From Bdellovibrionota bacterium FG-2 (lineage in GTDB: Bacteria > Bdellovibrionota > UBA1018), in contig JBBCAV010000153.1 of NCBI GenBank assembly GCA_051382305.1, positions 6,216 to 70,215 of the forward strand: 64,000 nt of DNA, in the 5' to 3' direction. Numbering within the stretch: the first letter of the stretch is position 1; every line of letters begins with the position of its first letter. Under the pieces are notes generated by a model. That model did no database searches. It had not been told where the DNA came from and saw only the letters and a list, made by a program, of their open reading frames with translations. The position numbers were made by a program, and so were the translations under genes. Shown piece by piece: positions 9,407-18,976 of the stretch.

Positions 9407-11035
9407 ATGATTCACTTTACCAACGTCACCAAGCAGTATGGTCACCATGTTTTATATCGAGAAGGCAGCTTTCAAGTGCGCCCCAACGATCGCATTGGGT
9501 TGGTCGGCCCCAATGGCGCCGGCAAAACCACAGTTTTTCGCCTCATTACGGGCGAGGAGAAGGCCGACGCCGGGGGCATTACGTTTTCAGATAAGCTCGT
9601 GATTGGCTATTTCTCCCAAGACGTGGGCGAAATGTCTGGCCGCTCGGCACTCGAAGAAGTGAAAGCGGGCGCAGGGCGGATTTCGGCGTTGGCGGAGCGG
9701 ATTTCGACGATGGAAAAGCGGCTGGAACTTTCGGCCGTGAAACCACTGTCTGATGACCAAATGGAGAAGCTCCTTGAAGACTATGGCGACGCCCAGCTTG
9801 AGTTTGAGCAACGAGGCGGCTACGACCTCGACTCTCGTGCCAAAGCCGTTCTAACCGGACTCGGAATTGGTCCTGACGACTACGACCGCCCTGTCGAGAC
9901 TTTCAGCGGTGGTTGGAAAATGCGTATTGCGCTGGCCCGCATTTTGGCACTCAACCCCGATCTTTTACTCATGGACGAGCCGACCAACCATTTGGACATC
10001 GAAAGCATTGTCTGGCTTGAAGAGTGGCTTGCGAGTTTCAAAGGCGCGCTTGTGATGACATGCCATGATCGCGATTTTATGAATCGTCTCGTGACAAGAA
10101 TTGTGGAAGTCGCCAACAAGGCCATCACTTCTTACACCGGCAATTATGATTTTTATGAGCGCGAGCGGGACATTCGCAAAGACCAGCTCCTGGCCTCTCA
10201 GAGAAAACAACAAGACATGCTGGCTAAAGAAGAGGAATTTATTGCGCGCTTCGCGGCTCGGGCCTCCCATGCAGCGCAAGTGCAGTCGCGAGTGAAGAAG
10301 CTTGAGAAGATTGACCGCATCGAGATCCCGGCGGCGGAGAAGACCGTAAATTTTGAATTTCCCACGCCTCCTCGCAGCGGCAATGACGTTGTGAAACTTG
10401 ACGGGATTGCTAAATCTTGGCCGCTGCCTGATGGCCGGGTGAAACCGGTTTTTCACGGAGTTTCTGGCCGGGTGACCCGGCTGGATCGTATCGCGGTCGT
10501 CGGCGTTAACGGCGCGGGCAAATCCACACTGCTCAAATGCATCGCCGGAATGACAGAGCCCACGGAAGGCCATGTCACCATTGGCGCGAACGTCAATATT
10601 GGCTATTTTAGCCAGAATTCTTTAGACGTCTTGAATCCGGAAAAATCGGTTTTCGATGAAATTCACGACCGGATTCCTGATTCAACCTTAGGCTACGTTC
10701 GTAATCTCTTAGGTGCTTTTTTGTTTGGCGGCGATGACGTGTATAAGAAGATCTCGGTGCTTTCGGGCGGCGAAAAAAGCCGTCTCGTGTTGGCAACGAT
10801 TTTGGCCACTCCCGTGAATTTTTTGATTTTGGACGAGCCTACTAATCATCTGGACATCAAAACCCGGGAAATTCTCCTGCAAGCCATCCAAAATTTTGAT
10901 GGGACCGTCATGATCGTTAGCCATGATCGACACTTTTTGCGGCACGTCGCCCGCAGTGTTGTGGAAGTCGACCACGGGGAGCTGCGCGTGTACGAAGGCG
11001 GCTACGAGTATTATCTCACAAAAAAGGGACACTGA
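9407..11035 (+). CDS. ABC-F family ATPase (tandem ABC domains, no TMD)
   Basis: Two Walker A motifs (GPNGAGKTT, GVNGAGKST) and two signatures (LSGGWKMR, LSGGEKSR). Start taken at MIHFTNVTKQYG. Confidence 0.85.
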   Translation: MIHFTNVTKQYGHHVLYREGSFQVRPNDRIGLVGPNGAGKTTVFRLITGEEKADAGGITFSDKLVIGYFSQDVGEMSGRSALEEVKAGAGRISALAERISTMEKRLELSAVKPLSDDQMEKLLEDYGDAQLEFEQRGGYDLDSRAKAVLTGLGIGPDDYDRPVETFSGGWKMRIALARILALNPDLLLMDEPTNHLDIESIVWLEEWLASFKGALVMTCHDRDFMNRLVTRIVEVANKAITSYTGNYDFYERERDIRKDQLLASQRKQQDMLAKEEEFIARFAARASHAAQVQSRVKKLEKIDRIEIPAAEKTVNFEFPTPPRSGNDVVKLDGIAKSWPLPDGRVKPVFHGVSGRVTRLDRIAVVGVNGAGKSTLLKCIAGMTEPTEGHVTIGANVNIGYFSQNSLDVLNPEKSVFDEIHDRIPDSTLGYVRNLLGAFLFGGDDVYKKISVLSGGEKSRLVLATILATPVNFLILDEPTNHLDIKTREILLQAIQNFDGTVMIVSHDRHFLRHVARSVVEVDHGELRVYEGGYEYYLTKKGH

Positions 11036-11042
11036 GGCGTCC

Positions 11043-11705
11043 GTGAGTGAGCTCGTCTTCGACTCCCATGACCCCTTTCCCCTGTTTCCACTTGACCATC
11101 ACGCCTACGCCGACGCGCAAATTCATTCAGAGCAGGTCGATGCTTGGCTTGGATTTGAAACTTCGCCTGTTGAATCGGGGCTTGCATCCCCGAGCCTTGA
11201 TCAGCAGTTTTGGCAGCATCTGCCTCCGCGATCCTTTCAGACGCCCTACACGGAGATAAGGCAAATCCTTCACGTCTTGGATCCAAAACCTGGCAGCACT
11301 TTGATTGATCTGGGCGCGGGTTATGGCCGAATGGCCTTTGTTGTAAGCCGGCACTACCCAGAAGTGCGTTTCATAGGATATGAAGCCGTGGAGGCGCGCG
11401 TTCGCGAAAGCCAGCGAGTTTTAGAACAATGGCCAGTTTTAAACGCCCAAATGGTTTGTGTGGATCTTTCGCGGCCAGAGTTTGTTTTACCATTTGCGGA
11501 GAACTATTTTGTTTTTGATTTCGGCTCTCGGCAGGACGTTTCCAAGACTCTGGACGATCTTAAGCAACTCTCGGCACGCGGCATGCTTTCGGTGGTCGCG
11601 CGCGGGCGTTTGAGCCGTCATCTCATTGACCAAGAGCATCCCTGGCTTGCACAAGTGGTTCCACCTCGGCATTTTGCGCAGTTTTCGATTTATGCGAGCG
11701 CTTGA
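11043..11705 (+). CDS. class I SAM-dependent methyltransferase
   Basis: LIDLGAGYGRMAF motif I. GTG start proposed just after the ABC-F stop; ORF frame 10923..11705. Confidence 0.5.
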   Translation: MSELVFDSHDPFPLFPLDHHAYADAQIHSEQVDAWLGFETSPVESGLASPSLDQQFWQHLPPRSFQTPYTEIRQILHVLDPKPGSTLIDLGAGYGRMAFVVSRHYPEVRFIGYEAVEARVRESQRVLEQWPVLNAQMVCVDLSRPEFVLPFAENYFVFDFGSRQDVSKTLDDLKQLSARGMLSVVARGRLSRHLIDQEHPWLAQVVPPRHFAQFSIYASA

Positions 11706-11729
11706 ATTAGTTCGCGCGCGACGCTAGTT

Positions 11730-11777
11730 AATTTTCGGGTTTGTTCGGGTTTTGATTTCCTAACAAACCCGAAAATT
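11730..11777. repeat. perfect 16-bp inverted repeat (aattttcgggtttgtt / aacaaacccgaaaatt) with 16-nt loop
   Basis: Read directly from the sequence between the methyltransferase stop and the rnr start. No T-run follows. Confidence 0.6.
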
Positions 11778-11838
11778 CACTAGGGTCTTTCAGCCTGCCC
11801 GTCTCAGTCATTGCCATGTCCTCCATATATGCGCTACA

Positions 11839-14037
11839 TTGAGCGCTATGAAGCGACAGAAGAAACAAGAAGACCGACCTGCAAACAGTGGACATTTTGT
11901 TGACCGAAGTGGTCGCGTGCACGGCAAAAAAGGAAGCGTGGCTCCCGCCACGCCTGCAAGCTCCCATAACCCTGCGCATAAAAATGCACCAAAGGGCACG
12001 CCTTCAGGCGCGCGCACCGCGCGCACCGCGCGTCCCAACACGCACAAGATCGTGCTAAACCGCCCAGAAAAACAACCTCCCAAGGAAATTTCCGCACCTC
12101 GTGAGACACGCCTCCGAGGCACAGTGGAGAAGAATCGCAAGGGTTTTGGATTTGTGATTTTCGAAGGACAAAGAAGAGAAGACGCCTTTGTCCCGCCGCG
12201 AGATGCGGCAAAATTGTTTCAGGGTGATCGGGTGGAGGTCACCCTCAATCAGCGCGGGGTCGTGGTTGATCTTAAAGTCTTGGAGCATCGTTTTCGCGAG
12301 CTGGTGGGCCGCTACTCTCCCATGCCAACGCAGGGCAAACACCCCCGTGGGGGCTTTGTCGTCTATGAACGCAAACGCTCACGCGAAGAAGTTTTTGTGC
12401 CAGAGAAGTCTGCGGTTCCCAAAGACGGTAAAGCGATGATCCCTGGCGACTGGGTGCGCGCCAAACTGTATTTTCATGAAAAGGGCCCCTTCCCTGTCAC
12501 CGCCGAAATCACCCAAAACTATGGCAGTGTCCTGCCCGCCAGCGCCGATATCGAAATGGTCGCCGCCGAATACAATTTAACCGAAGAACATACCGCCGCG
12601 GCGGTACGCGAGGCAAAAGAATTCAAGCTTGATTTCCAGCAGGTTCTCGCCTCAGGACGCGAAGATCTGCGCAAAGTGCCCTTTATTACCATTGACGGCG
12701 AAACGGCGCGAGACTTTGATGATGCCGTTTTTGTTGAGCGCAACAAATCAGGGTATAGACTCTGGGTCGCTATCGCCGACGTCAGCCATTACGTTCGCCC
12801 AGGCACGGCACTTGATAAAGAAGCGCTCTCCCGAGGGACGAGTGTCTATTTTCCAGAACGCGCTTTTCACATGCTCCCCGGAGCCTTGTCTGAAAACTTG
12901 TGCAGTCTCAAACCTAAAGAGCCCCGTCTAGCTTTTGTCGCCAAGATGGAATTCGATCGTAATGGGGTGAGGGAAAACACGCAACTCATCGAGGCCGTCA
13001 TTGAGAGCCACCGGCGTGCCACCTACACCGAGATTCAAAACGAATGGCAAGCACAGAAGAGGAACGCGAGCTGGGAATTTGTGCCTCATTTTGAGCTATT
13101 TCGGGCGATTCAAAAGACCCGCACCGCCCGAGGTTCGATCGATTTTGATTTACCTGAGGCGCAGGTGCGCGTCGATGATACCGGCGAACCGATTTCAATT
13201 ACGCTGGCAGAACGTTTCGATTCTCATCGTTTAATTGAAGAATTCATGATCGCGGCCAACGAGGCCGTAACCGAATGGATGATGCAACGGAAATGGCCGT
13301 TTATTTATCGCACGCATGATGAGCCCGCGGCGGAGGCCTTGCTCAAGTTTTCGAAACTTGCCGCAACCGCAGGCGTGAAGTTTTCATTAAAAGGCGATAA
13401 TCTCAATCAGGCGCTCGCAGATCTAGTCCGCCGGTTGGACAAGCATCCGGCCCAATCCCTTCTGAACACGGCTCTTTTGCGTTCCCTAAAACGCGCCATT
13501 TACAGTGCGATTCATGGTATCCACTTCGGTCTCGCCTCTCCTGGTTATACTCATTTTACGAGTCCGATTAGGCGATATCCTGATCTGGTGGTGCATCGGC
13601 TCCTGCGCCATGCTCTGCAAATCGAAAAACGCAAACTTCCCTCGCTCAAAATGAACGAGCGAGACGCAATGGAAAAGTTGTTGGATGAAACCGCCGAGCA
13701 TTGCAGTTATCGCGAGCGGGTCGCGACCCTTGCGGATCGCGAAGCGACGAGGCTAAAACAAGTGCGTCTGATGATGCATCATTTGGGTGAGGAGTTTGCG
13801 GGCAAAATCATTGGCATGGCGGAAATCGGGATGTTTGTCCAAATTGATGCGCCTTACGTCGAGGGTCTTGTGACCGCAGAGTCCATCGGCGATGACTTTT
13901 ACCAATTCAACGAAGAGCGCATGATCTTCTCTGGGACGCGCAAGAAGAGAACTTTTCGCATGGGCGATCCGGTGCGCGTACGCGTGACTCGGGCAGATCT
14001 GGATGAGCGAAAAATCGATTTTCAGTTTATTGAGTAG
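11839..14037 (+). CDS. rnr: ribonuclease R (RNB family 3'-5' exoribonuclease) with N-terminal basic extension
   Basis: Cold-shock domain (GFGFV), RNB core and C-terminal S1 domain. About 95 aa of Lys/Arg/Pro/Ala-rich N-terminal tail. Confidence 0.9.
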   Translation: MSAMKRQKKQEDRPANSGHFVDRSGRVHGKKGSVAPATPASSHNPAHKNAPKGTPSGARTARTARPNTHKIVLNRPEKQPPKEISAPRETRLRGTVEKNRKGFGFVIFEGQRREDAFVPPRDAAKLFQGDRVEVTLNQRGVVVDLKVLEHRFRELVGRYSPMPTQGKHPRGGFVVYERKRSREEVFVPEKSAVPKDGKAMIPGDWVRAKLYFHEKGPFPVTAEITQNYGSVLPASADIEMVAAEYNLTEEHTAAAVREAKEFKLDFQQVLASGREDLRKVPFITIDGETARDFDDAVFVERNKSGYRLWVAIADVSHYVRPGTALDKEALSRGTSVYFPERAFHMLPGALSENLCSLKPKEPRLAFVAKMEFDRNGVRENTQLIEAVIESHRRATYTEIQNEWQAQKRNASWEFVPHFELFRAIQKTRTARGSIDFDLPEAQVRVDDTGEPISITLAERFDSHRLIEEFMIAANEAVTEWMMQRKWPFIYRTHDEPAAEALLKFSKLAATAGVKFSLKGDNLNQALADLVRRLDKHPAQSLLNTALLRSLKRAIYSAIHGIHFGLASPGYTHFTSPIRRYPDLVVHRLLRHALQIEKRKLPSLKMNERDAMEKLLDETAEHCSYRERVATLADREATRLKQVRLMMHHLGEEFAGKIIGMAEIGMFVQIDAPYVEGLVTAESIGDDFYQFNEERMIFSGTRKKRTFRMGDPVRVRVTRADLDERKIDFQFIE

Positions 14038-15289
14038 AGGCTGAGAGTTTCCTGACCCTGGCCATAAAGGCCAACTGCTCGGGCGGGAGAGGCTTCATGC
14101 CCTCAAGAAGATCTAGAATTCTTCGTGATCCGTTGGTTTTAGCTATTATGGCTGAATGAGCAAGAAGCATCCATCGCCCCGGGGTTGAAGCCGCTTCGCG
14201 GATTAAGGGTTCTGATAAACTTTCAAAAGCGCCGTCGCAAATGAGGTGGACGATGCGAGGTAGTTCAGTATTTGCACTTTTAGGAACGCCCTCAAACGAG
14301 TGGTTTTCAAGGTCTTTGAGAAATACTTCAAAAAACAGGCCGCGAATAATGGGTTTCGAAAACATGGGTAAGCGAGTCTGGGTAATTCGTTCCGAAAATC
14401 GTAACCAAGACTCCGAAAACAAAAGCAACGCATTTTCGGTGCAATCACTATGAGGTGTGAGTTCAGGGCAAAGAAGGGTGCTGCGAATAGCGTCAGCATC
14501 AATGACATTACTGACCCCTTCAAAAAGGTCCCCCGTGCCTAACATAACCCTAAGCCATTCAAAGAAACCTTTTTCCAAGGCACGAACAAGGTGAACCCCA
14601 GTCAGAATCCCGACAAAGTGCCCGTCTTTATCAAAAAGTGGCGAGCCACTATAGCCCTTGCGAGAGTCAAGCTCGACCTCCAGAAAGGGGCCGATTCTTC
14701 CTGAAACAGCCCCCTGCTTTACGAGCGTCGCGCCCTCATATTCGAAATGCCGATTCGCAAGAGTTAGAACTTTCTCTGTAGGGGAATTTGGATTTTTATC
14801 AAAAGAAGGTTTCCCGATGGGCTGCCCCACTTCGGCAAAAGCGCAAACATCGAGCCATTGCGAACAGCGCAGCGGCTTTATCCGTACTTTTCTAAACTTA
14901 AGCTCGTTATAAAAACTGACATTCATTTCCTCGGGGCAGCCAGTACTCAAACAGATAATATTCAAAACATGATGATTCGTTAAATAGTAATTAGAACCAG
15001 GAAAGCGATAGGCTCGCGCGCCCGAATCTTCATTAGCAGGAGAAATATCAAGAATGGCAGACTGCACTTGGGCGAGTCTCGAGGGGTCGAGCACAGCAGA
15101 AGCAGGAACAGACTTATAGATTCTAAACGACTCAACGGTCTTGAGCCAAGTCATTGCACTCTTCGCAACTATAATGAAAATGCTCAGGAGCGCAAAAAAA
15201 AGCACGACTGAACCAATCCACCGGGCCAGGGTTCTCCAGATTTTTGCAAGTGTCGCGAACATCGTCCGCCTGCGTTTCTCTTTGTTCAT
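14027..15289 (-). CDS. membrane-anchored trypsin-like (S1 family) serine peptidase
   Basis: N-terminal TM segment. GYSGSPLFDKDGHFVGILTG resembles a GDSGGP-type active site. Confidence 0.55.
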   Translation of the reverse strand: MNKEKRRRTMFATLAKIWRTLARWIGSVVLFFALLSIFIIVAKSAMTWLKTVESFRIYKSVPASAVLDPSRLAQVQSAILDISPANEDSGARAYRFPGSNYYLTNHHVLNIICLSTGCPEEMNVSFYNELKFRKVRIKPLRCSQWLDVCAFAEVGQPIGKPSFDKNPNSPTEKVLTLANRHFEYEGATLVKQGAVSGRIGPFLEVELDSRKGYSGSPLFDKDGHFVGILTGVHLVRALEKGFFEWLRVMLGTGDLFEGVSNVIDADAIRSTLLCPELTPHSDCTENALLLFSESWLRFSERITQTRLPMFSKPIIRGLFFEVFLKDLENHSFEGVPKSANTELPRIVHLICDGAFESLSEPLIREAASTPGRWMLLAHSAIIAKTNGSRRILDLLEGMKPLPPEQLAFMARVRKLSASTQ

Positions 15290-15427
15290 AGATCAGGAGT
15301 CAAACACAGTATATTGCGAAGCTCAACACCCGAGGTTATTGCTTCTCTTGCTTTAAGCGATCTAACTCAGCTTGAGCTTGATGGATAGCCATTTCCAGGT
15401 CCAAATCCTCGTCAGATTGGGTGTTCA

Positions 15428-15766
15428 TTAAACCCTGCTGACGAGCGATGCGGCTTTGTGATAGCAAAGACCTTTCAGTAACCAAATTTGAAAACGACCT
15501 CGACTATCTGCTGATGCAGACGGTCCAATGTTAACCCCCCAGATCACATAGACCGACTCGTCCCCATAACGGCCGTAGTATTTAAATTCGGGAAATTGAT
15601 TTGGCTGGGCCGAGGAGTTCCAATCCAACAACGGTGTTGCATCATAATACGATCCTCGGACAACCTTGCACCCGAGAGGCGCATCGTCAGCAAAGGCCGT
15701 ACCTTGCAATAATGAAAGCATGAGGCTTGTAGCCACTAATACCTGATAAGCGATTTTGATAAACAT
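15428..15766 (-). CDS. small secreted hypothetical protein
   Basis: Signal peptide MFIKIAYQVLVATSLMLSLLQGTAFA. Confidence 0.4.
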   Translation of the reverse strand: MFIKIAYQVLVATSLMLSLLQGTAFADDAPLGCKVVRGSYYDATPLLDWNSSAQPNQFPEFKYYGRYGDESVYVIWGVNIGPSASADSRGRFQIWLLKGLCYHKAASLVSRV

Positions 15767-15854
15767 TCTCCTTCGTTTCTAAATTCTATGATTCTGCCCG
15801 AAACATGTTTTTTCGTGTTTCAGGCTAACAGCCGGCTCACTCGGTTGTGCAAGT

Positions 15855-15893
15855 GCAAACGGAACAATGTGTTCCGACCTAGCAAAACGGAAC
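15855..15893. promoter_or_regulatory. candidate operator: palindrome CGGAACA-atg-TGTTCCG plus a third GCAAAACGGAACA repeat
   Basis: Seen in the divergent intergenic region between 15766 and 15982. Confidence 0.35.
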
Positions 15894-15981
15894 ACCACCT
15901 GCCTTTTGTCCTCTTTGAAATACCTTGCCTAAGGGTGCGATGCGATATATCAAAATCCAACCGTTATTGGGGGATGATACT

Positions 15982-16449
15982 ATGAACCGCTTTTCAATCA
16001 CTTACGCGTCTTTTATATTTGCGCTCGCCCTAGGTTTGGCCCCAGTTCCCGGGGCGTCAGCAGCAGATCCGTTCTGCGCCCGCACGCTTAATGACATCAA
16101 GCAAGCGGCGCAAGATCCCGCGATGCGCTTGAGTTTTTCCAATCAAGGGGGCGCTTTTAGTTCAGGGGTATGTTGGTGGCTTTCCCGATTTCAAAGAGCC
16201 GCGCTCTATCTCGCGAGGTTTTATCCCGAACTCCCCAAACCCACCGCTGACGAAGCCCGAAAGCTGATTCGGCGGCTTGCGCAAATGAACGAAGTCGTTG
16301 AGATCCCAGGGTATCGCAATATTTTTGATTTCTCGTGCGACTTTTCGACCTTGATTCAACGAAGACTTGAGCGTTGGCAAATTCTCGACGGAATTTTTCG
16401 ATTTGCCTGGATTGAGGGGATTAGAGGCAAGTCCGCTCTTCCAAACTAA
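15982..16449 (+). CDS. secreted hypothetical protein
   Basis: Signal peptide MNRFSITYASFIFALALGLAPVPGASA. First gene of a co-directional block leading to the ECF sigma. Confidence 0.45.
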   Translation: MNRFSITYASFIFALALGLAPVPGASAADPFCARTLNDIKQAAQDPAMRLSFSNQGGAFSSGVCWWLSRFQRAALYLARFYPELPKPTADEARKLIRRLAQMNEVVEIPGYRNIFDFSCDFSTLIQRRLERWQILDGIFRFAWIEGIRGKSALPN

Positions 16450-16452
16450 AAA

Positions 16453-16788
16453 ATGAAATCCCATATGGTTGATCTTTTCTTGGCCCATGAACAAAACCGG
16501 GCTTTGACGTTTCTGAAGCTACAGGTCCCTGGACTTGTCGCCCACTCTTGGATCGTCATTGATCTACTTCCCACACCCAGCGGCTACGAAATCTATTCAA
16601 TCGATAGCAACGTTCCGGCAGAAACGCTTCGTACCCAATACGTTTTTGGTGACACCCATTTGTCGTTCCCTTATGCCCCTCTTAGGTTTGTGCCTCATCT
16701 GGATTTTCAAGGTGACCTGCGAAAAATGGGGGCTGCACTCACAAAAACTTGCGGTCCGTCACAACCCGGCAACCCCAATCGTATATAG
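16453..16788 (+). CDS. hypothetical protein
   Basis: 111-aa ORF tightly spaced between the secreted protein and the sigma factor. Confidence 0.35.
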   Translation: MKSHMVDLFLAHEQNRALTFLKLQVPGLVAHSWIVIDLLPTPSGYEIYSIDSNVPAETLRTQYVFGDTHLSFPYAPLRFVPHLDFQGDLRKMGAALTKTCGPSQPGNPNRI

Positions 16789-16804
16789 CAACAGAAGAGG
16801 TTTA

Positions 16805-17323
16805 ATGGACGAGGAACTGAGCAATGAAGCATTGATGGTCGCTTATCAAAAGGGCGACCTGAAGGCGTTTGAAGTTCTTTATCGCAGGCATTCGGGCCGA
16901 GTCTATGGCTTTTTAGTAGGGAAACTAAAAGGAGTGGGAATGGCGGATGACGTTTTTCAAGCCACGTTTCTGAAGCTGCATCAGTCACGCGCGTCTTATG
17001 AGGCCTCCTACCCTTTTCTGCCTTGGCTGTTTACGATTTGCCGAAACACGATGATCGATTCGTTACGCAAAAACAAACGATCGATAGAAGAACTTAATCC
17101 CGTCGCGATCGAAAAAGCACAGGCGCCGGCAGGGGAAAACACGGAGGACTGGAGCGCGATTCCGAGTCTGAGCACGCTTCCCGAAAACCAGCGTCAGGCC
17201 CTTGAACTTCGCTACAGTGAGGAGCTTTCGTTTGTAGAAATTGCGCAAAAACTCAAAACTTCGCCCGTCAATGTGAGGCAGCTCATTAGCCGCGCTGTCA
17301 AGAAACTGAGGGCGAACGCATGA
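16805..17323 (+). CDS. RNA polymerase ECF sigma-70 factor
   Basis: Sigma region 2 (DDVFQATFLKLHQS) and region 4 (LELRYSEELSFVEIAQKLKTSPVNVRQLISRAVKKLR). Confidence 0.8.
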   Translation: MDEELSNEALMVAYQKGDLKAFEVLYRRHSGRVYGFLVGKLKGVGMADDVFQATFLKLHQSRASYEASYPFLPWLFTICRNTMIDSLRKNKRSIEELNPVAIEKAQAPAGENTEDWSAIPSLSTLPENQRQALELRYSEELSFVEIAQKLKTSPVNVRQLISRAVKKLRANA

Positions 17324-17844
17324 TGACTGAAAACAAAAGTTTCACAGAATTTATTTCAAGCAAAGAGGTGACGCCTCCCGCCCATCTCACGCATGAGATT
17401 CTCAATACTGTACGCGGCGCCCTTCATCCCCCAGTCTGGAGGGTGTTTACGAAACTGGGATCGTTGCAACTAACCGTGGGCGCCGTGGTGCTGATGTTTT
17501 GCCCTCAATTCGGCACGAACCTGTTTCCTGGAATGGGGCTCATGTCCCTGTTTATGCGCTTTGGGGACGTGGGTTGCATGATCGGCTGCGGGGGCGTGTT
17601 CTTGGGCGGGAGTGGCCTTTTAGGGAGCCTGATTTTTAGTCTGGAGGAGATTCGGGTGATCCGTGGGTCGAGATTCCTTCAACTGAGTTCCATGACCCTG
17701 CTTTCAGGCGCCGCGTTCGTGTGCCTAGCCGGTGACCAACTCCTGACCCTTGGCGTGGCTTGGGTTTTAGGCGGACTCGTGGGTGGAATGACGACTCTTG
17801 AGCTGGGGTGGCTGGTGCGCAAGGCCGTTTGGGCCGGAAAATAG
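17320..17844 (+). CDS. anti-sigma factor, NrsF/DUF1109-like polytopic membrane protein
   Basis: Start overlaps the sigma stop (ATGA). Short cytoplasmic N-terminus followed by multiple TM helices. Confidence 0.55.
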   Translation: MMTENKSFTEFISSKEVTPPAHLTHEILNTVRGALHPPVWRVFTKLGSLQLTVGAVVLMFCPQFGTNLFPGMGLMSLFMRFGDVGCMIGCGGVFLGGSGLLGSLIFSLEEIRVIRGSRFLQLSSMTLLSGAAFVCLAGDQLLTLGVAWVLGGLVGGMTTLELGWLVRKAVWAGK

Positions 17845-17945
17845 CCCGACCAAAAGAGTTGGTTGCGGCGTAATAAGCGCAACAAAAGAGTCAGATTTTG
17901 CGCAACTACTTTTCTCCACGAAACGATCGTGCTAAGCCTTCCCAC

Positions 17946-18968
17946 ATGCCTAATACCAATCTGCCGATCCTAGAATTCGTCCTCAAAAACTACAAAAATT
18001 TCAATTCACGCGCGACCCGTGATGCGACTCTCTCTTATTGGAGTCATATTGAAGGCGGCGGCAAGATGTTGTGGGCCGTGGCCGGTGCTATGTCCTCCGC
18101 CCAACTCGGCATTACACTCGCGCCAGCAATTCGCGCAGGCCTGATTCACGGTCTCTCGGTGACCGGCGCCAACCTCGAAGAATCCCTTTTTAGACTCGTG
18201 GCGCATCACGGCTACAAAGATTTTCCGGAGTATCGCTATTTTACCAAAGATGATGATACGCGCATCCTTGAACAACGTATGCGTCGGGTGACGGATACGA
18301 GTATTCCCGAAGACGAAGCGTTTCGCGCGGTTGAAAAATACATCGTCCCCATGTGGACGGATGCGACAAAGAGCAACACGCGCCGTTTCTGGCATGAGTA
18401 CTTTTACGAACTCATTCAAAAGATTGATCCGCAACTTTATGAAGGGAGTGCTGAGGAATGTTGGCTCTTGGCTGCCGCCCGCGCAAAGTTACCTATGGTC
18501 GTGCCGGGATGTGAAGACTCCACATTTGGAAACATTTTTGCTTCCCACGTTAAGACCAACGAGTGTAGCGCCTCGATCGTCAAATCCGGAATCGAGTACA
18601 TGGGGCAGCTTTATGATGATTATAAAGAACTGTCTTCAGGCAAAGGTGTAGGATTCTTCCAAATCGGCGGCGGAATCGCAGGCGACTTCCCGATCTGCGT
18701 GGTGCCCTCGATTAAGTATGACTTGAGCGAACCCGTGAAACCTTGGGCGTACTTCTGCCAGATCTCGGATTCGACGACTTCGTATGGTTCGTACTCAGGC
18801 GCGACCCCCAACGAAAAAATCACGTGGGACAAACTCACGCGCGACACGCCGATGTTCGTCATTGAATCGGACGCAACGATTGTGGTGCCGCTCATGCTCA
18901 ACGCGCTTTTAGAAGCCAAGCAAAATCCAAAAGTGGCCAATGAGTTAATTAAGAAGTATACGGCTTAA
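17946..18968 (+). CDS. deoxyhypusine synthase-like protein
   Basis: N-terminal AGLIHGLSVTGANLEESLFRL resembles the DHS NAD-binding region. Assignment is tentative. Confidence 0.45.
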   Translation: MPNTNLPILEFVLKNYKNFNSRATRDATLSYWSHIEGGGKMLWAVAGAMSSAQLGITLAPAIRAGLIHGLSVTGANLEESLFRLVAHHGYKDFPEYRYFTKDDDTRILEQRMRRVTDTSIPEDEAFRAVEKYIVPMWTDATKSNTRRFWHEYFYELIQKIDPQLYEGSAEECWLLAAARAKLPMVVPGCEDSTFGNIFASHVKTNECSASIVKSGIEYMGQLYDDYKELSSGKGVGFFQIGGGIAGDFPICVVPSIKYDLSEPVKPWAYFCQISDSTTSYGSYSGATPNEKITWDKLTRDTPMFVIESDATIVVPLMLNALLEAKQNPKVANELIKKYTA

Positions 18969-18976
18969 CCGTTCAC

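Noticed and set aside
9965-10573. 202-aa antisense ORF inside the ABC-F gene
   Set aside because: It is entirely embedded antisense in a strongly supported CDS with no motifs.
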